From: Lama glama
Taxonomy: Eukaryota
Assembly (NCBI GenBank): GCA_028534125.1
Contig: CM052818.1
Span: 6,450,001-6,514,000, forward strand
DNA: 64,000 nt
Reading direction: 5' to 3'
Below, in pieces: positions 49,966 to 62,761 of this stretch (the first letter of the stretch is position 1; each line of letters begins with the position of its first letter). Both the position numbers and the translations under genes were made by a program. The notes below the pieces were generated by a model. The model saw only the letters and a program-made list of their open reading frames with translations. It was not told where the DNA came from and did not search any database.

Positions 49966-50027
49966 CCTTGCCTCCCCACCCCCTTCCACCAAAAGGAAAA
50001 GAACTTGAACCTCATCAAGCCCCCTGG

Positions 50028-50215
50028 TCAGTTTCTCAAAATTCGCATTTTGGGACACATAACTCTTTCTTGTGCATATGGGATGTTTAGCAGGTTCTCT
50101 GGCCTCTACATACTAGAGGCTAATAACACCACCACTTGGTTGTGACAATCAAATGTGTCTCTACACATGGCCAAATGGGGGTGGGGGGCGATCTCCCCCA
50201 GGTGAGAGCCGCTGC
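50028..50215. mobile_element. MER20 MITE
   Basis: gtttctcaaa...cattttgggacacataactcttt...gggatgtttagcag...ctggcctctacatactagag...gttgtgacaatcaaatgtgtctctacacatggccaaatg. Confidence 0.75.
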
Positions 50216-50249
50216 TCTGCATCCAAGTACCAACTTTCCAGGAAATGGG

Positions 50250-50800
50250 ATGGAGAAATATGTTAAAAGACTCCAGAAGGATGCAATCTGAATAAGGAAT
50301 GTGGGAAATTCTAAAGGACAAATGACTCAATTTTTTCAAAAAAAAAAAAAAAAAACATATGGCCTGGGGAAAGTATGGGAGGGGAACTATTACGGTTTAA
50401 AAGCCCTTTTAAAAAAAAATCAACAAATGCAATGTGTAGACCTTGTTTGGATCCTGATTTAAACCAGCTGCAAAAAGACCTTTTTGACACAATTGGAGAG
50501 AATTGAATATAAGCTAGACATTATGACACTAAGAAATGTTCGTTTTGTTGGTGTAATAACTGTACTGTGGTTATGTTATTTTTTAAAGCTCTCTGTTGCA
50601 GATGCATACTGGCTGTATTAACGGATCAAACGCTATGATGTCTGGTTGCAAAGGGAGATCTTGGGGAGCAGATGAAACAAGAATGTAGGAACACTAATGA
50701 TTACTGCAGCTGAGAGATGGGTACCTGGGCATTCATTACACTTGCCCCTCTACTTTTGTGTATGTTTGAAATTTTCCACAATAAAAACTTAAAACAAAAT
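50250..50800 (+). mobile_element. L1MC4/5-like 3' UTR
   Basis: aaatgcaatgtgtagaccttgtttggatcctgattt...tgtggttatgtt...gatgaaacaaga...ctctacttttgtgtatgtttgaaattttccacaataaaaa. Confidence 0.8.
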
Positions 50801-52514
50801 CCAAAAAATGAGTAGCCTGGCTTACTAGAAAGCACATGGACTGGGAGTCCAGAGCTTAGGGTTTTATTCCAGCTCCTCCAGGAACCAGTCTGGTTTTTTA
50901 ATCAGGGAAGTCATTTCTCTATAGAATCAGGGTCTTGAGTTAACCGATTTCCATGGTCTCTTCCAAGTGAGGTTTTCAGTGATTCCACAGCATGACTTGA
51001 AAAGTGAATTGAACACCATCCCGGAGGAACAGCAGTTTCCAAACTCTGAATTTGTGGTGGACATGCTGGTGGTGTTCTGGCCTGCCCAGAGCTCCCAGAT
51101 CCCCTCCTCGGTCCTTTGACTAGTTTAGAAGTAGCAAGATCAGCTGCGCCAGAACATTCTGAATTAGAAAGTGCCTGCTGAAAAAGGCTTGCGTCAGATC
51201 CCTCTTTGAGCGGCTGTGGCTGCAGTTTGAGTAACTTGTCAAGAAAGTGTGAATTACAAGTCAGTATTACAAAAGTGTTTATTTTCAGCCTTTCCAAAAA
51301 ACAGTGAGAAAGAGGAAAGCACGCATAATAAAGCAGCCGGGCATCTGAGGCCAAAGTTTGCTTTTTCTTATCCTCTCTTTCCCACCCTCCCCTCTAAGTC
51401 TTCAACTACAGGTATCCCTTTCCTGCGACCCTGAGTGCAGTGAACAGGAAGAGGGCAGGTGGAGAGGGAAGGAAGGAGGTACTGCCACTCACAATGGGGG
51501 TGCAGAGCTCAGCGTGACAAAGGAACAACGCAAGTCCTGTTCTCCCATCCCCCTGCCGAGCCCTCCTGCCACGAACGAAATTATTAACATGGGACGGCCT
51601 GCCAAAGGCCACAAAGGAAACCCTTAGAGAAAACTCCCTGAAACATCCCTGAAAACAACATCCAAAAGACCTCATCCTTGCTTTGAAGAAGGCGGAAAAG
51701 ATGCCTTGTCACCATACGTACAGCATCGTCCACAGTGAAAGGAAGAGAGGAACTCACACAGGTTCCCTCCCCTGCACCCCAACCCTGGGCCCCCACTGAA
51801 ACTCAGCTTCTCTCCCTCAACTTATCACAAGGCCCCGCAACAGAGTTCGGCCTCCAGAGTGACCTTCCACCAGTACAAACCTGCCCAAGCCACTCATCCT
51901 CCTCTTTAAGATATTTTCACAAGGGCCCATCGCTGTGGGCATGAAATCCAATGAGTAGGACCTCCAGTAGAGGCCGTGAGCGCTAGTGATGTAAAAGCAA
52001 CCTCAGAAGTTTCAGGAGCTGCAAGACTTCCTTGGATAAACCTAGAAGGAACTTCTTTATAATATTCATTGCCCAGGCCTGGATGCAGAATAAAGGAATG
52101 CTGCCCAGATCAGGGCTCTTGGCTTTAGCCCTGGACCTAATGGCCTCTCCCACACTTCACCGCTCCAGTCTCCCCAGACCTCTTTTGTTACCAAATGGCA
52201 GTCCCCCCTACCCTGCAGAGAGGGCTGTGGGAAGGGCAGCCCCAGAGAGTGGGTCCCCTAGCCTGAGGGGGTGCAGAGGAGAGGGGAGCTTCAGGAGGGA
52301 TCAAGGGTTTATTCCAAAACTCTTGTCCACCTGTATCATCAATCAAAGCAGCCCAGAGGCAGAGGCAAACAAGGACTCTGAAGAGGGAGCCAGCAGAAGG
52401 TGAACCAGGTCCATTCTGGAGATGAAGCACAAGCGCGTGAGGTCACTTCCCAAACAAATGTTTAATTACACAAGTAGCACAGGAATAAATTCTCTCAAGA
52501 AAATACTTCAACTG

Positions 52515-53065
52515 CGTCAGATTAAGCTACTGCATTGGTGAGGAGGTGTTTAATTGTATCAGAATGCCTGCCTAACAGTGGTTTAAGCAACAGAGACATT
52601 TAAATATCTCAGGTAACAACAAGTTTGAAGAAGAATGTCTATTTTGGGACAACAAGATGTCAGGGTGCTGGACTGAACTCTACAGTTCTCCTGGCCTTTT
52701 CCCTCATGGTCATAAAATGGTTGCCATAGCTCCAAGCATCACATTTTAAAACATCACCCTAAGATAGAAAGGAGATGTAGAGGCAGAACTATACTCTCTC
52801 TTTGTTATTAGAGCAAAAAAAAAAAAAATTCCCTAGAAGTCATCAGTGGACTAGGTCATATGTCTCCCCTGAGATAAACCACAGGCAAAGAAAACTGGTT
52901 TAGGTGTATGTGGCTTAGATCAGTCATGAATTGATGCCTGGACCCACCTGCCCTGAGCACAGTGTTCTCCTTTGATACTTGATACTCAAATTTTGAATTG
53001 TTAGCATGGAAGAATGGGGAAGTGTGGGAAATGGCGGCTATTAGGCAACCAGCGTGTCTCCCACA
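52515..53065 (-). mobile_element. Old MLT1K/L-like LTR
   Basis: ctaacagtggtttaagcaac...cctcatggtcataaaatggttgccatagctccaagcatcac...ggctattaggcaaccagcgtgtctcccaca. Confidence 0.65.
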
Positions 53066-53223
53066 TCTAAAATACCCTTTGACTGTCACCCCAATCTTGA
53101 GCCTTCTCCCACCTCCATCGTGCAAACCACTATTGTCATTCCAGAACTTACAGACATGTACATATATTTAAGCACAACGCACCGTAATAGACAATAGACT
53201 TGGAGCATTTAATAGACTTTCGG

Positions 53224-53224
<1 letters not shown>

Positions 53225-53268
<44 letters not shown>

Positions 53269-53270
53269 TG
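53225..53270. repeat. (TG)n microsatellite
   Basis: About 22 TG units with one interruption. Confidence 0.95.
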
Positions 53271-53849
53271 TTATAAACACATCATCCTATTCTAGGCATC
53301 TTTCTGCAATTTGCTTCACCATTCACTGATTCTAACTGAGAGAGGTAATTACATTCAATTAAAACAGCAAGAACCGTGAAGATCTGAATCTTCAATCTGA
53401 GGCCCCATTGGTCCACCAGTCTGTCTCACTGTTTCTCCCAGCGTCTCCGTTTCCCAGCTTTCATCTCCTCTCTATCACTCAGTCCTTGTGTAAGCTGCAG
53501 CCAGGTGACCCACCCCAGCCCTAGATCCACCTGGCCCCTGCACAACTACTCTGGATGCCACTCTTTGAGCACACTGAGTTCTTGTCCTGAGTGGCCTGTC
53601 CCTGTGACTGGAACCCATGGGGATCTTTAGTTGGCTGTTGCTAAATGAGAGAAGATATTCTCAGTTCTCACAGATCAGGACCAGGAAACTACATGCGATG
53701 CCCAACCATACAGGAACACCCCACCCACCCTCACCACCCCCCATCCCCCGGGCCATGACAAGAGCCCAAAGGCTCCCTCTCACAGCTCTGGGCTCCCCAA
53801 TACTTCACTTCATGCCTCCTCTCAAACTCAATTAATAAATTTCCAGAGC

Positions 53850-54090
53850 TCCAGCACATTAGTTAAGATTAAAGCTGAAATTCTGACTACACTACTCAAC
53901 AGCTGAGAGGCCTCATGAAAGTTATTCAACTGCTCTGTGCCTTCGTTTCCTCACTGTAAAACTGAAATAACCTGATTGAACTGAACTTACCTCATAGGGT
54001 TGTTTTAAAGATCACGTAAGATATATGTAAATATATATCTAGAAGAGCTCAACACAGAGCCTAGCCCAGAGAGAGCCCTCCGTACCTGGC
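53850..54090 (+). mobile_element. MIR SINE
   Basis: aagttattcaactgctctgtgccttcgtttcctcactgtaaaactg...tacctcatagggttgttttaaagat. Confidence 0.75.
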
Positions 54091-54454
54091 AGTAGATGTG
54101 ACTCACTCAACACTGTATATATTGCTGTGGAAAGAAAAAGAGGCCATGGCCCTGCCCTCAGGGAGCCTGCAATGTACTTTGGAAGAGGAGAAGAACATTC
54201 TTGCGATAATCGATGACACAGATGACACTGTGTTCTTAAATGGCGAGTTATCTGGTATAAATTTCAGTGCAACAGTCATAGGATGATCCTTTCACATAAC
54301 TGACTTTATATTGCCTGATAGGTTCTTGAGGTTAAACACCAAGAATTATTGTTCCTTGTATGCCCAGTGTTTGCACACAGTATGCATTCAAACACAATTT
54401 GTCTAAATACCCAAGGAATGCTTGGCTAGCACGTGAGAACAAGCACTCCATTCT

Positions 54455-54660
54455 TTCCGAAGCACTTTGCAGATGAAGAATCATTTAATTTTCTTAAGAA
54501 CTCCTTGAGACCATCACTATTATGAGCAGCTGCATTTTCCAAAATAAGCAAACTGGGGCTCACAAAAAGCTTAACATCTGCTTCAAGTCACACAGTCAGT
54601 TTATGGTGGGGCTGGTCTGAGACCCAACACCTTTGACTATAAATGTGGAACCTCCTCCCA
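54455..54660 (-). mobile_element. MIR SINE
   Basis: agcactttgcag...tcatttaattttcttaagaac...cattttcc...aaactggggctcac...caagtcacacagtcagt. Confidence 0.6.
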
Positions 54661-55227
54661 CAAGGACCACAGAAGTCTGACAGCCAAAGAAGTCTATCCT
54701 CTGTCAAGTGTCTTTTTCTGGCCTCCGGTGTGCTCTCTTTTTTAAAGTTTCTCTTTGTTCTCTCTAGCTGAGACAGCTGGCTCCAGTTTTTCCTTTTAGC
54801 CAAAGGGAATCCAATTCATTAGGATTTCTTTTCAAGGAGGCAGAGACTCTCCTGTTTATCCAAGCTTCTATCAGACGTATAAATGTATAATATAGTCATT
54901 AAACTCTGAAATACATGACACAGTCATAACCACACACAAGCTATTAAAAAGTTCGTTACCTCCAGTGGGAAATATTCACCATGCTTACTACTCTCTCCTC
55001 TTCCCTGGTCCAGGGAAAGTGAACTCTCTGGTTAGGGGAAATCTTTTATTTTATCTAGGAATCCTCCTAAAAGCAGTTGTACTACTGATAAATCCTAGTT
55101 TATTGGTAATGCATTGAAAGGTAATATTAAAAAAAAACAGAACTTTTTTATCACGAAAAGCACTGCCTGCCGTTTGAGGGAAAATTCAAACAATACTGAA
55201 ATGTCTAAAGTAAAAAGTGAAAATTCT

Positions 55228-56350
55228 CAAGAGAATAAGATAAGCCACACACTGAGAGAAAATACTTGCAAAAGACACATCTAATAGAAGGCTGATATCC
55301 AAAATATAGGAAGAATATTTACAACTCAACAATAAGAAAATGAACAACCTGATTTAAAAATAGGCAGAAGACCTGAGCAGACACCTCACCAAAGATTTAC
55401 AGATGGAAAACAAGCATAGGAAAAGATGCTCGGCATCAGATGTCACTAGGGAATTGCAGATTAAGACAACAATGAGATATCACTATCACTACATACTATT
55501 AGAACAGCCAAATCCAAAATGCTAACAGCACCAAATGCTGGCAGGGATCTGGAGCAATATGAACTCTCACTCATTGCTGGTGGAAAGCAAAATGGTACAG
55601 CCACTTCAGAAGACGGTTTGGCAGTTTCTTACAAAATTATTCTCTTACCGTAAGATCCTGCTATTGCATCCCTTGTTATCTACCTAAATGAGTTAAAAAC
55701 TTATGTCCACACAAAATCCTATACATGGTATTCATAGCTGCTTTATTCGCAATTGTCAAAACTTCCAAGTAATCAAGATGTCCTTCAGTAGGTGAGTGGC
55801 AAAATAGACTGTGGTCCATCCAGACAATGGAATATTACTCAGTACTAAAAAGAAATGAGCCATCAAGCCATGAAAAGACCTGGAGGAACCTTAAGCGCAT
55901 ATTACTGAGTGAAAGACGTCAAGCAGAAAAGACTATGTACTGCATGATTCCAACTGTATGACATTCTGGAAAAGGCAAAACTATGGAGACAGTAAAAAGA
56001 TTAGTGGTTGCCAGAGTTTGTGGAGAGGGAAGAATGAACAGAGAGCACAGAGGAGTCTCAGGACTACTGTATGATATGCTAGTCGGGGAGACATGGCATT
56101 ATACATTTGCCAAACCCATAGAATGGTCAACACCAAGAGTGAGCCTTAATGTCAACTATGGATGCTGGGTGACAATAATGTGTCAGTGATGGTTCACTGA
56201 TTATAACAAATGTACCGCTCTGCTGGGGGATGTTGATAGTGAGAGTGGCTGGAGGTGTGGGGGAGGAGATTTATAGGCAGTATCTGCCTCTTCCCATCAG
56301 ATTTGCTGCTAACTTAAAACTGCTCTAAAATACAAAGTCTGTTTTTTAAA
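55228..56350 (+). mobile_element. L1MC1/2-like 3' fragment
   Basis: aaaatacttgcaaaagacacatct...aaaagaaatgagccatcaagccatgaaaagacctggaggaaccttaag...ggaaaaggcaaaactatggagacagtaaaaagattagtggttgccag...aacaaatgtaccgctctg...aaaactgctctaaaa. Confidence 0.9.
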
Positions 56351-56606
56351 GTAGAAGTTATTTTTCCTGTTCCTCCCATGACCAATCTCATTCCCCCCAT
56401 GTAACTGTTATTTAACATTTTGTTTATTTTCTTCCAGTCTTTTCCCTTACACACCCATAATGTATGTGCAAGATTTTTTAATGTATATATAAGATTTTAC
56501 ATAATGTACATGTAAGATTTTTTTAAAGGTCAGCAAAAGCTACGTGTAGGCACATGATTATAGCAATGTCTCTTTATAATAGTGGAAATACTTAAAAATA
56601 TAGTTA

Positions 56607-56672
56607 TTGAATCGCTTTGCTGTACACCTGAAACTAACATTGTAAATCGACTATACTTCAATAAAAAATAAG
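56607..56672 (+). mobile_element. Short artiodactyl-type L1 3' terminus
   Basis: tgaatcgctttgctgtacacctgaaactaacattgtaaatcgactatacttcaataaaaaa. Confidence 0.8.
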
Positions 56673-56711
56673 AGTTTAAAAAAAGTACACAGTTGCTCCA
56701 AATAAGGAATA

Positions 56712-57056
56712 CAGTTGTCCCTCAGTATCCATGGGGGATTGGTTCCAGGATCCCACACAGACACCAAAATCCAAGGATGCTCAAGTCCTCTATATAAAAT
56801 GGCATAGTATTTTCATTTAACCTACATGTGTCCTCCCATATACTTTAAATCATCCCTAGATTGCGTATACTACCTAATGCAATGTAAATGCTATGTAAAT
56901 AGTTGTGAACACAGTGTAAATCTATGTAAATAGTTGCCAATGGGCAGCAGATTCAAGTTTTGCCTTTTGGAACTTCCTGGGATTTTTTAGAAAATATTAT
57001 TGAGGCATGGTTGGTTGAATCCATGGATGCAGAACCCACAGATACGAAGGGCATTG
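56712..57056. mobile_element. MER2 (Tigger/TcMar) MITE with TA target duplication
   Basis: TA|cagttgtccctcagtatccatgggggattggttccagga...ccatggatgcagaacccacagatacgaagggcattg|TA. Confidence 0.9.
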
Positions 57057-57264
57057 TATAATGGAGACTTCTTGGAACTCCAAGGTAGTTAGAGTAGAGG
57101 AGGAGGAGGCAGGAGGAGTAATAACAGTAGTAATAGTAGTAAACGTTACGGTAGGGTAGGGTAGTCCCGGCACTCGCAGAGCAGAGGAGGAGGAGGAGTC
57201 ACGGACGAGAAGAAGCAGTACTAAAGTCAAGGGGAGGAGGAGGGGAGTGAGAGCACAGTGGCCA

Positions 57265-57455
57265 TTGCAGTAGACTCAGACAGAACTGGATTTGAATTCC
57301 CATTTTGCTATTTAAACAAGTACTGAGCATTCGCCAAACCTTAATTTTTCATCTGTATCATAAAAATATCAGTGCTCACCCAAAGCGTTGTTGTGTCGAT
57401 CAAATTAACAGTGAGAGTGTACATAAAATCCTCAGCAAAGCGCCTGGCACCTGGC
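57265..57455 (+). mobile_element. MIR SINE
   Basis: actcagacagaactggatttgaattcc...ttttcatctgta...gttgttgtg...gatcaaatt...cagcaaagcgcctggcac. Confidence 0.65.
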
Positions 57456-57964
57456 TGCTCCGTCAGCCACTGTCCCTCCTCGAGGGTAGACCCTTGTCTT
57501 GGGGATCATTGCTCCCCAGCAGTTTAACTCCACGCCTGGCACAAAATAAGTAGTGAAATAAATGCTGGCTGAGTTGAACTGAAGTAGAGTATTATAACTT
57601 TTAAAATTCAATGTTTACAGAAGATAAGGTGCAAGGCTTGGGATTTCAAGGAGGACAATATTTAATAGAGAGAGTGAGAGGCTGATGCAACATGAGTGGA
57701 GCTCAGGGGAGCCGCCACTGTCCAGCACGGTGTGGAAGGACCATCACAGGTGACCTCAGCTGTCCTGCAGCACCAAAGCGGTGGTTCCCAAGGGCTGCCA
57801 GAAGCGGCCAACCAGACTTCCCATCTGCCCTGGCAATGAGCTTTCCTCTGTGCTGCTGTGATGGCTGTCTGTTGACTCAAACCAACGCAAAGAAATTCAG
57901 AAAAGTAAGTTCTGATAGGAGAGGAGTGAGGAAGCTCATTCAACCTGTAGAATACTGCAGGAGC

Positions 57965-58350
57965 ATTTTTTTAAACTAAAAACCATTTTAGTTTTACATT
58001 ACAAACAAATGTGTGCCATTGGAGAGGGGAAGTCATCCATAATTCCACCAGCCAGAGAAAACCCCTGTTATAACCTTGGTCTTATTTCCTCATGAATCTT
58101 TTCCTACACGTACGTACATACACCATACATACTTAATACATGTAAAATATTACATGTGTATGCATCTGTTTTCCATATATGATATCCTTTTATCATATCA
58201 ATAAACAATCATCCATGACATTATTGTTAATGGCTGAATAGAATTCCAGTGTCTTGCTAAACCACGCTTTAATAACCAATTCTCTATTGCCAGACGTTTA
58301 GGTCATTTCCAAAATCTTGCTGCTCTAAACGGAGCCACCAGCAACTTCCT
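57965..58350 (-). mobile_element. L1ME-like antisense fragment
   Basis: catccataattccaccagccagaga...taatggctgaatagaattcc...accaattctctattgccagacgtttaggtcatttccaa. Confidence 0.6.
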
Positions 58351-58654
58351 TAGGGCAGTGCAGTGAACTTCTGATCCTCTGTCACAGCGGGTGGAAGACA
58401 ACAATGGGCTATTCGCTAAATTGACTTCAACCCCAAACCCCCACTCCCTCTCCTCACCCCCAGTGATACCCGGTCCTCTGGAGTCCGTCCAGCTGGAGGA
58501 ATCCACGGTCAGGACCTTGGATTCTTGAGGACTTGCCCTGCTCCCAGGAGTGTCTGAGCCTTTTTGAACCCACATAATTAGATGTGAGGGCCCTGAAACC
58601 AGGCCAGCTCCCACCAAAATTGGAAAGCAGATGAAGGAAGTCTTGACTCAATTT

Positions 58655-58804
58655 CTCTCTCTCTCTTTTTTTTTTTTTTGGTCTTTTGTAGGGGGTTTAT
58701 TTATTTAGGTTTATTTATTTATTTTTTAACAGAGGTACTGGGGATTGAACCCAGAACCTCGTGCATGCTAAGCATGTGCTCTGCCACTGAGCTATGCCCT
58801 CCCC
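58655..58804 (-). mobile_element. Vic-1-like camelid SINE
   Basis: Reverse complement ggggagggcatagctcagtggcagagcacatgcttagcatgcacgaggttctgggttcaatccccagtacctc plus (taaa)n and poly-A; degenerate TSD cttgactcaatttc / cttggctcactctc. Confidence 0.92.
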
Positions 58805-59084
58805 TACTTGGCTCACTCTCGGTTCCCTTCCCTAGGACTGCCCAGTCCTCCCAGGAGGCAACTGCCCAGTGCCCCCTACCCCTGGGCCCTGTCTCAGCAT
58901 CTGACACCCTAACTTCTGCAGCTGTGACAGCAGCCAGGCTATAAAGAGCCAAGCCTTCCAGGAACATATACCTTTCAAATAGCTCCCTTTACCATCTTAA
59001 GTCAACCAACGTGCTTTGAACTAAAGCCTGCAGGGAGGCACAGGTGAGTAAGACTTGATCGTTGCCCTCAGGGGGCTTCTACCC

Positions 59085-59487
59085 TGTAACAGTTTCCTAA
59101 GGCTGCCTTATCGAAGTGCCACAAACTGGGTGCCTGAAAACAACAGAAATTTATTGTCTCACAGTTCTGGAGGTTACAAGTCAGAAATCAAGGTGTCAGG
59201 GGTCATGCTCCCTCTGATGGCTCCAGGGGAGGGTCCTTTCTTGCCTCCTCCCTCAGCGCTCCTTGGCTTGGAGTTTCACCACTCCAGTCTCTGCCTCTGC
59301 CTGCCCCTGGCCATCGTCCCTGTGTCTCTGCGTCCAAATGTCCTTCTTCTTATGGGACTAGTCATACTGGGTTAGCCCACTCTGATTTTGTATGATCCCA
59401 TCTTGCCTAATTACATCTGCAAATTCCAAATAAGATGTGATTCTGAAGTTCTGAGTTTTGGGGGGACACAACTCAACCCAGTACACA
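59085..59487 (-). mobile_element. MLT1B/C-type MaLR solo LTR
   Basis: tgtaacagtttcctaaggctgcc...ccacaaactgggtgcctgaaaacaacagaaatttattgtctcacagttctggagg...taattacatctgcaaa...gggggacacaactcaacccagtaca. Confidence 0.88.
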
Positions 59488-60289
59488 CTCTGACAGAGGC
59501 AATGATAAATATAAAAAATCACAACCACAGGTACCAAACTGCTATTATCACTTTAAGTGAACTGGAAGGGGTCAGATGTGGGGGTCTGGGGGGCAAGGAA
59601 TTGTGAACCTGAGGGTGCTCTCCAAGCACCTTTAAGACACCCTGTCTCACAGCTCCCAGTCTGGCTATGCCTATAAATTAGACCTGCTGTGAGCTCCCAA
59701 TGGGCCCACTAAAACCCCTGTGGAATAAGGAATACTTCTTGAATTCTCTCCATCTCTACTCACAACCGCATTTCCTTTGAACCAGAGGTTCTAGAGAAGA
59801 TCATGGCAGGGTAAAGACAGACATTAATGAAGAGCATGTAAAAGCAAAACTGCTGTGCTTTCCCCTCATTTGCGTGCTTTCTGCAGATCTTTTCCCTTTT
59901 GTGCTATCTCGGGGTTTACAAGCTGACAGAGGTGTCGGAAGCAGCAATCTCCTTGAACCAGTGAGCGTGCGCTTTCCTGCCCCGGCGCTGCCTGTGCTTG
60001 GCTACCGCGGTAGGGTCCAGGGTCGCAAGCTCTCGCTGAGACAGTGAGGGCTAAGCCCTTCTCTGGAGTTCGGGCAGCTCAGCAGATGCTGAGATGTGAG
60101 TGTCACCCCATCATGGCAAATTCTTTGCAGAGGCAGCAGGGTTATTTTCAGAGCTGTGGGCCCCATACCTAAACCTTCCCCTCCGACAACTTCAAGCAGG
60201 CTTTTTAACCTTTCCACTAACTCTTACGGATTAGAGGAGCAACTCATAAGAAGTGCTTTCACAGTCAGTGGCCTACACATAGTCCCCGG

Positions 60290-60685
60290 GCATGTGGTCC
60301 AGTGGGGGCTAGGACCCTGAGCCCAGGTACCTTTCACTCCTGGCCTGACAGCTTTCTTTGACCGCCCCCGCGGAGCAGTCTGAAAGCATCAGGGAGGTAA
60401 GCCATTGGGAGCAACCCTCAAGCAATGAGTAACAGGAGATGGTGAAAAATACTCCAGCTTTCTTGCCCTTGGGAGGAGGTGGGGACAACTCTGGGCTGTG
60501 CTCCTTGCCATTTCCCAGAGGCCCCAAAAGGACTGAGTTCCAGTCGCCCACAGTGGTAACCTGCTTATTAAAGTATCCTGTGTCACCTCACTTCCCCAGT
60601 TCCTTCTCTGTGCTTCCTGGGGTCACTTCCCATATAAACCAGTTACACTTAAATCCACATCTCCAGGGCAGCCTCTGGGCACCGA
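60290..60685 (+). mobile_element. LTR16A-like ERVL LTR
   Basis: gagcaaccctcaagcaatgagtaacaggagatggtg...aatactccagctttcttgcccttgg...gggacaactctg...cagtcgcccacagtggtaacctgc...cttcctggggtcacttccca. Confidence 0.75.
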
Positions 60686-60764
60686 TGCAATAGTGTGAGC
60701 GTGCATTTCCCTGTTAGCTAGTGAGCTCCCTAAAGACAGGCCCCTAATCATATTCCTGTGAGCG

Positions 60765-60970
60765 CTTACCATTTGGTCCCTGCTAAATGTTGCATATGCA
60801 TTACCTTGTCACATTTGCAAAACAACCCTTAGGGGCCACCACTCCCATTTCACAAATGAGAAAAATGAAACTCAGAGGTCTTAAGTTACTCGTCCAAGGT
60901 CACACAGCCTATAAGAAGCAGAGCTGGGATATAAACCGAAGTGGTCTCTCTCTGAAGCCTACATTATTAA
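60765..60970 (-). mobile_element. MIR SINE
   Basis: acaacccttaggg...cccatttcacaaatgagaaaaatgaaactcagaggtcttaagttactcgtccaaggtcacacagc...gcagagctgggat. Confidence 0.85.
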
Positions 60971-62559
60971 TGGTTGCTATCAGGAATGGGTTTCAATAAA
61001 TATTTATGAAAAGAAGGAAAATGCTAACAAGCAAACTCAACAAGCATTGGTACAAAGCGGTCATTATTTCGATGCTGGAGATAGGGCCCAACACCAGCCA
61101 ATTCCTCTAACATGTTAAATCTTGATCAGTGGAGATAAAGCCATTAGAGTATCGTATCCCAAATTTTTACAAGTCTTCTTTTCTATTCATTTATTGATTC
61201 AAGAATCATTTATTGATCCTACTGTGTCTAAGACACTGGACGAGGCCCTGTGGAGGTTACAAATTCAAGGAGCTTGTGATCTACCAGGGTCGGGGAGAGG
61301 GCAGAGATTAAAAATAAGGCTGGAAGTAGCTGGAAAGATAAATTACAAGACTAGAGGTGTCTTTGGGCAGAAGTGATGCAACCTCAAGTGAGTTGATTAG
61401 AAAAAGGCCATGTTTGCAGAGGAGAAGGTAACCTCTGGGAACTGGAGTGGACAGACCACAGACAACCGGAAGAAGTGGGGTTTAGAGGGTGGGGGCAACT
61501 TGACCCCCAGAAGCAGGAACAGGAAGGGAGAATGAAAGGGGACAGACAGGCGAGCAAAGCCAAAGAGCAAAGGAATCCGGGCTATTCTCTTCATCATTCT
61601 GCCCTGCCCCTTCCTGGAGGCAAAGCTAATTGGGGAGGAAAAGGAGATATTTCCCAGGAGCAAAACCGAGATTGGAGAGACAATCCCTGAGGATAATAGA
61701 CCCACGGTAATTCGCACCTGCTTTTCAAGCCAAGACATGCATAAAGGAATGCAGATCACAGACTAAGGAGGTCACCTTTCCTTCAGGTCTAAGGGATGAT
61801 TGAGTGTGATGACGCATGTGACTGCCAGAGCTCCCGCTCCAAAAACTTGGCACCAGAGGACACTGGGTAACCGCCAGCTCACACTGTTGTGCTTGGATCA
61901 CACAGCATGGAACCCAGGAGTCACGAACTTTGGGGGTTGAAGAGATTTCCCTGAAGGCTTGGCAACCGAGACCTCATTTATAGCTCCTGTGCCAGGGGAG
62001 GATTTCTCCTTTGCTTGCCCTCACCTTCTCTCCAGTGCGGGAGTGGGCAGACCAGACTGGCATGCTGGATGAGATCGGGAAAGAGCCCAGCCAAACACTC
62101 TACACGGATCTGTAAAGAGGTTGGGCATGGGAAGCCTTGAAGACTCTAGAAACCATGGGCAGAACTCGCTCAAAAGGACCTCACCTCAGTGGCTGTGTCC
62201 AGAGTCAAGAGCCCCCCACTATCCTTCAGCCACCCCCTAGTAAACATAAAGTCTAGGTAAAAACCATGTCTGCTCTGCAAACACAGCTGTAGGACCTACG
62301 CCCAAGTCCCAGCCAGATGGCTGCCCCCAGGTCTCCCTCAGACAGAAATCTCACAGCCAGCTCACGTGGGGCAACCAGAGTCTTATAGCCAGGGCGATAG
62401 AAAGACAAAGGCTGGGTCCCAGTCCCAGAAAGTTCCGTATAGCTTTACCATTTACTCAGTAAGAGCCTGAAGCTCGTGGCTTTCGCCAAACTCTGCCACA
62501 CTCTGCCACAGACCAGGTGAAGGCAACCCTTGCCCACTAGGGCATGGGAGCAGAAGGCC

Positions 62560-62761
62560 ACAGGCTTCCCACCCCCTCCTCACCCCACACCCCCCCACCC
62601 TGTTCCTGCCTTGCATTTCACAAAGCTTCTCAGAAGGCAGCCAGTTCAATAACTCATCGCTTTGTTGGCTCTCCCGCCTTCTCTGTTTCACTCTCAAATA
62701 GATAACTCACGTATAAGCGTTCCTAACAGGCTCTGCTTTTGGAAGAATCTAGGCTAAGGCA
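62560..62761 (+). mobile_element. Degenerate ERVL-type LTR 3' part (LTR16/33-like)
   Basis: ctttgttggctctcccgccttctctgtttcactc...caggctctgcttttggaagaatctaggctaaggca. Confidence 0.45.

Noticed and set aside
57085..57250. Purine-rich GAG/GTA triplet tract that looks like acidic coding sequence
   Set aside because: Low-complexity simple-repeat decay with stops; no exon context
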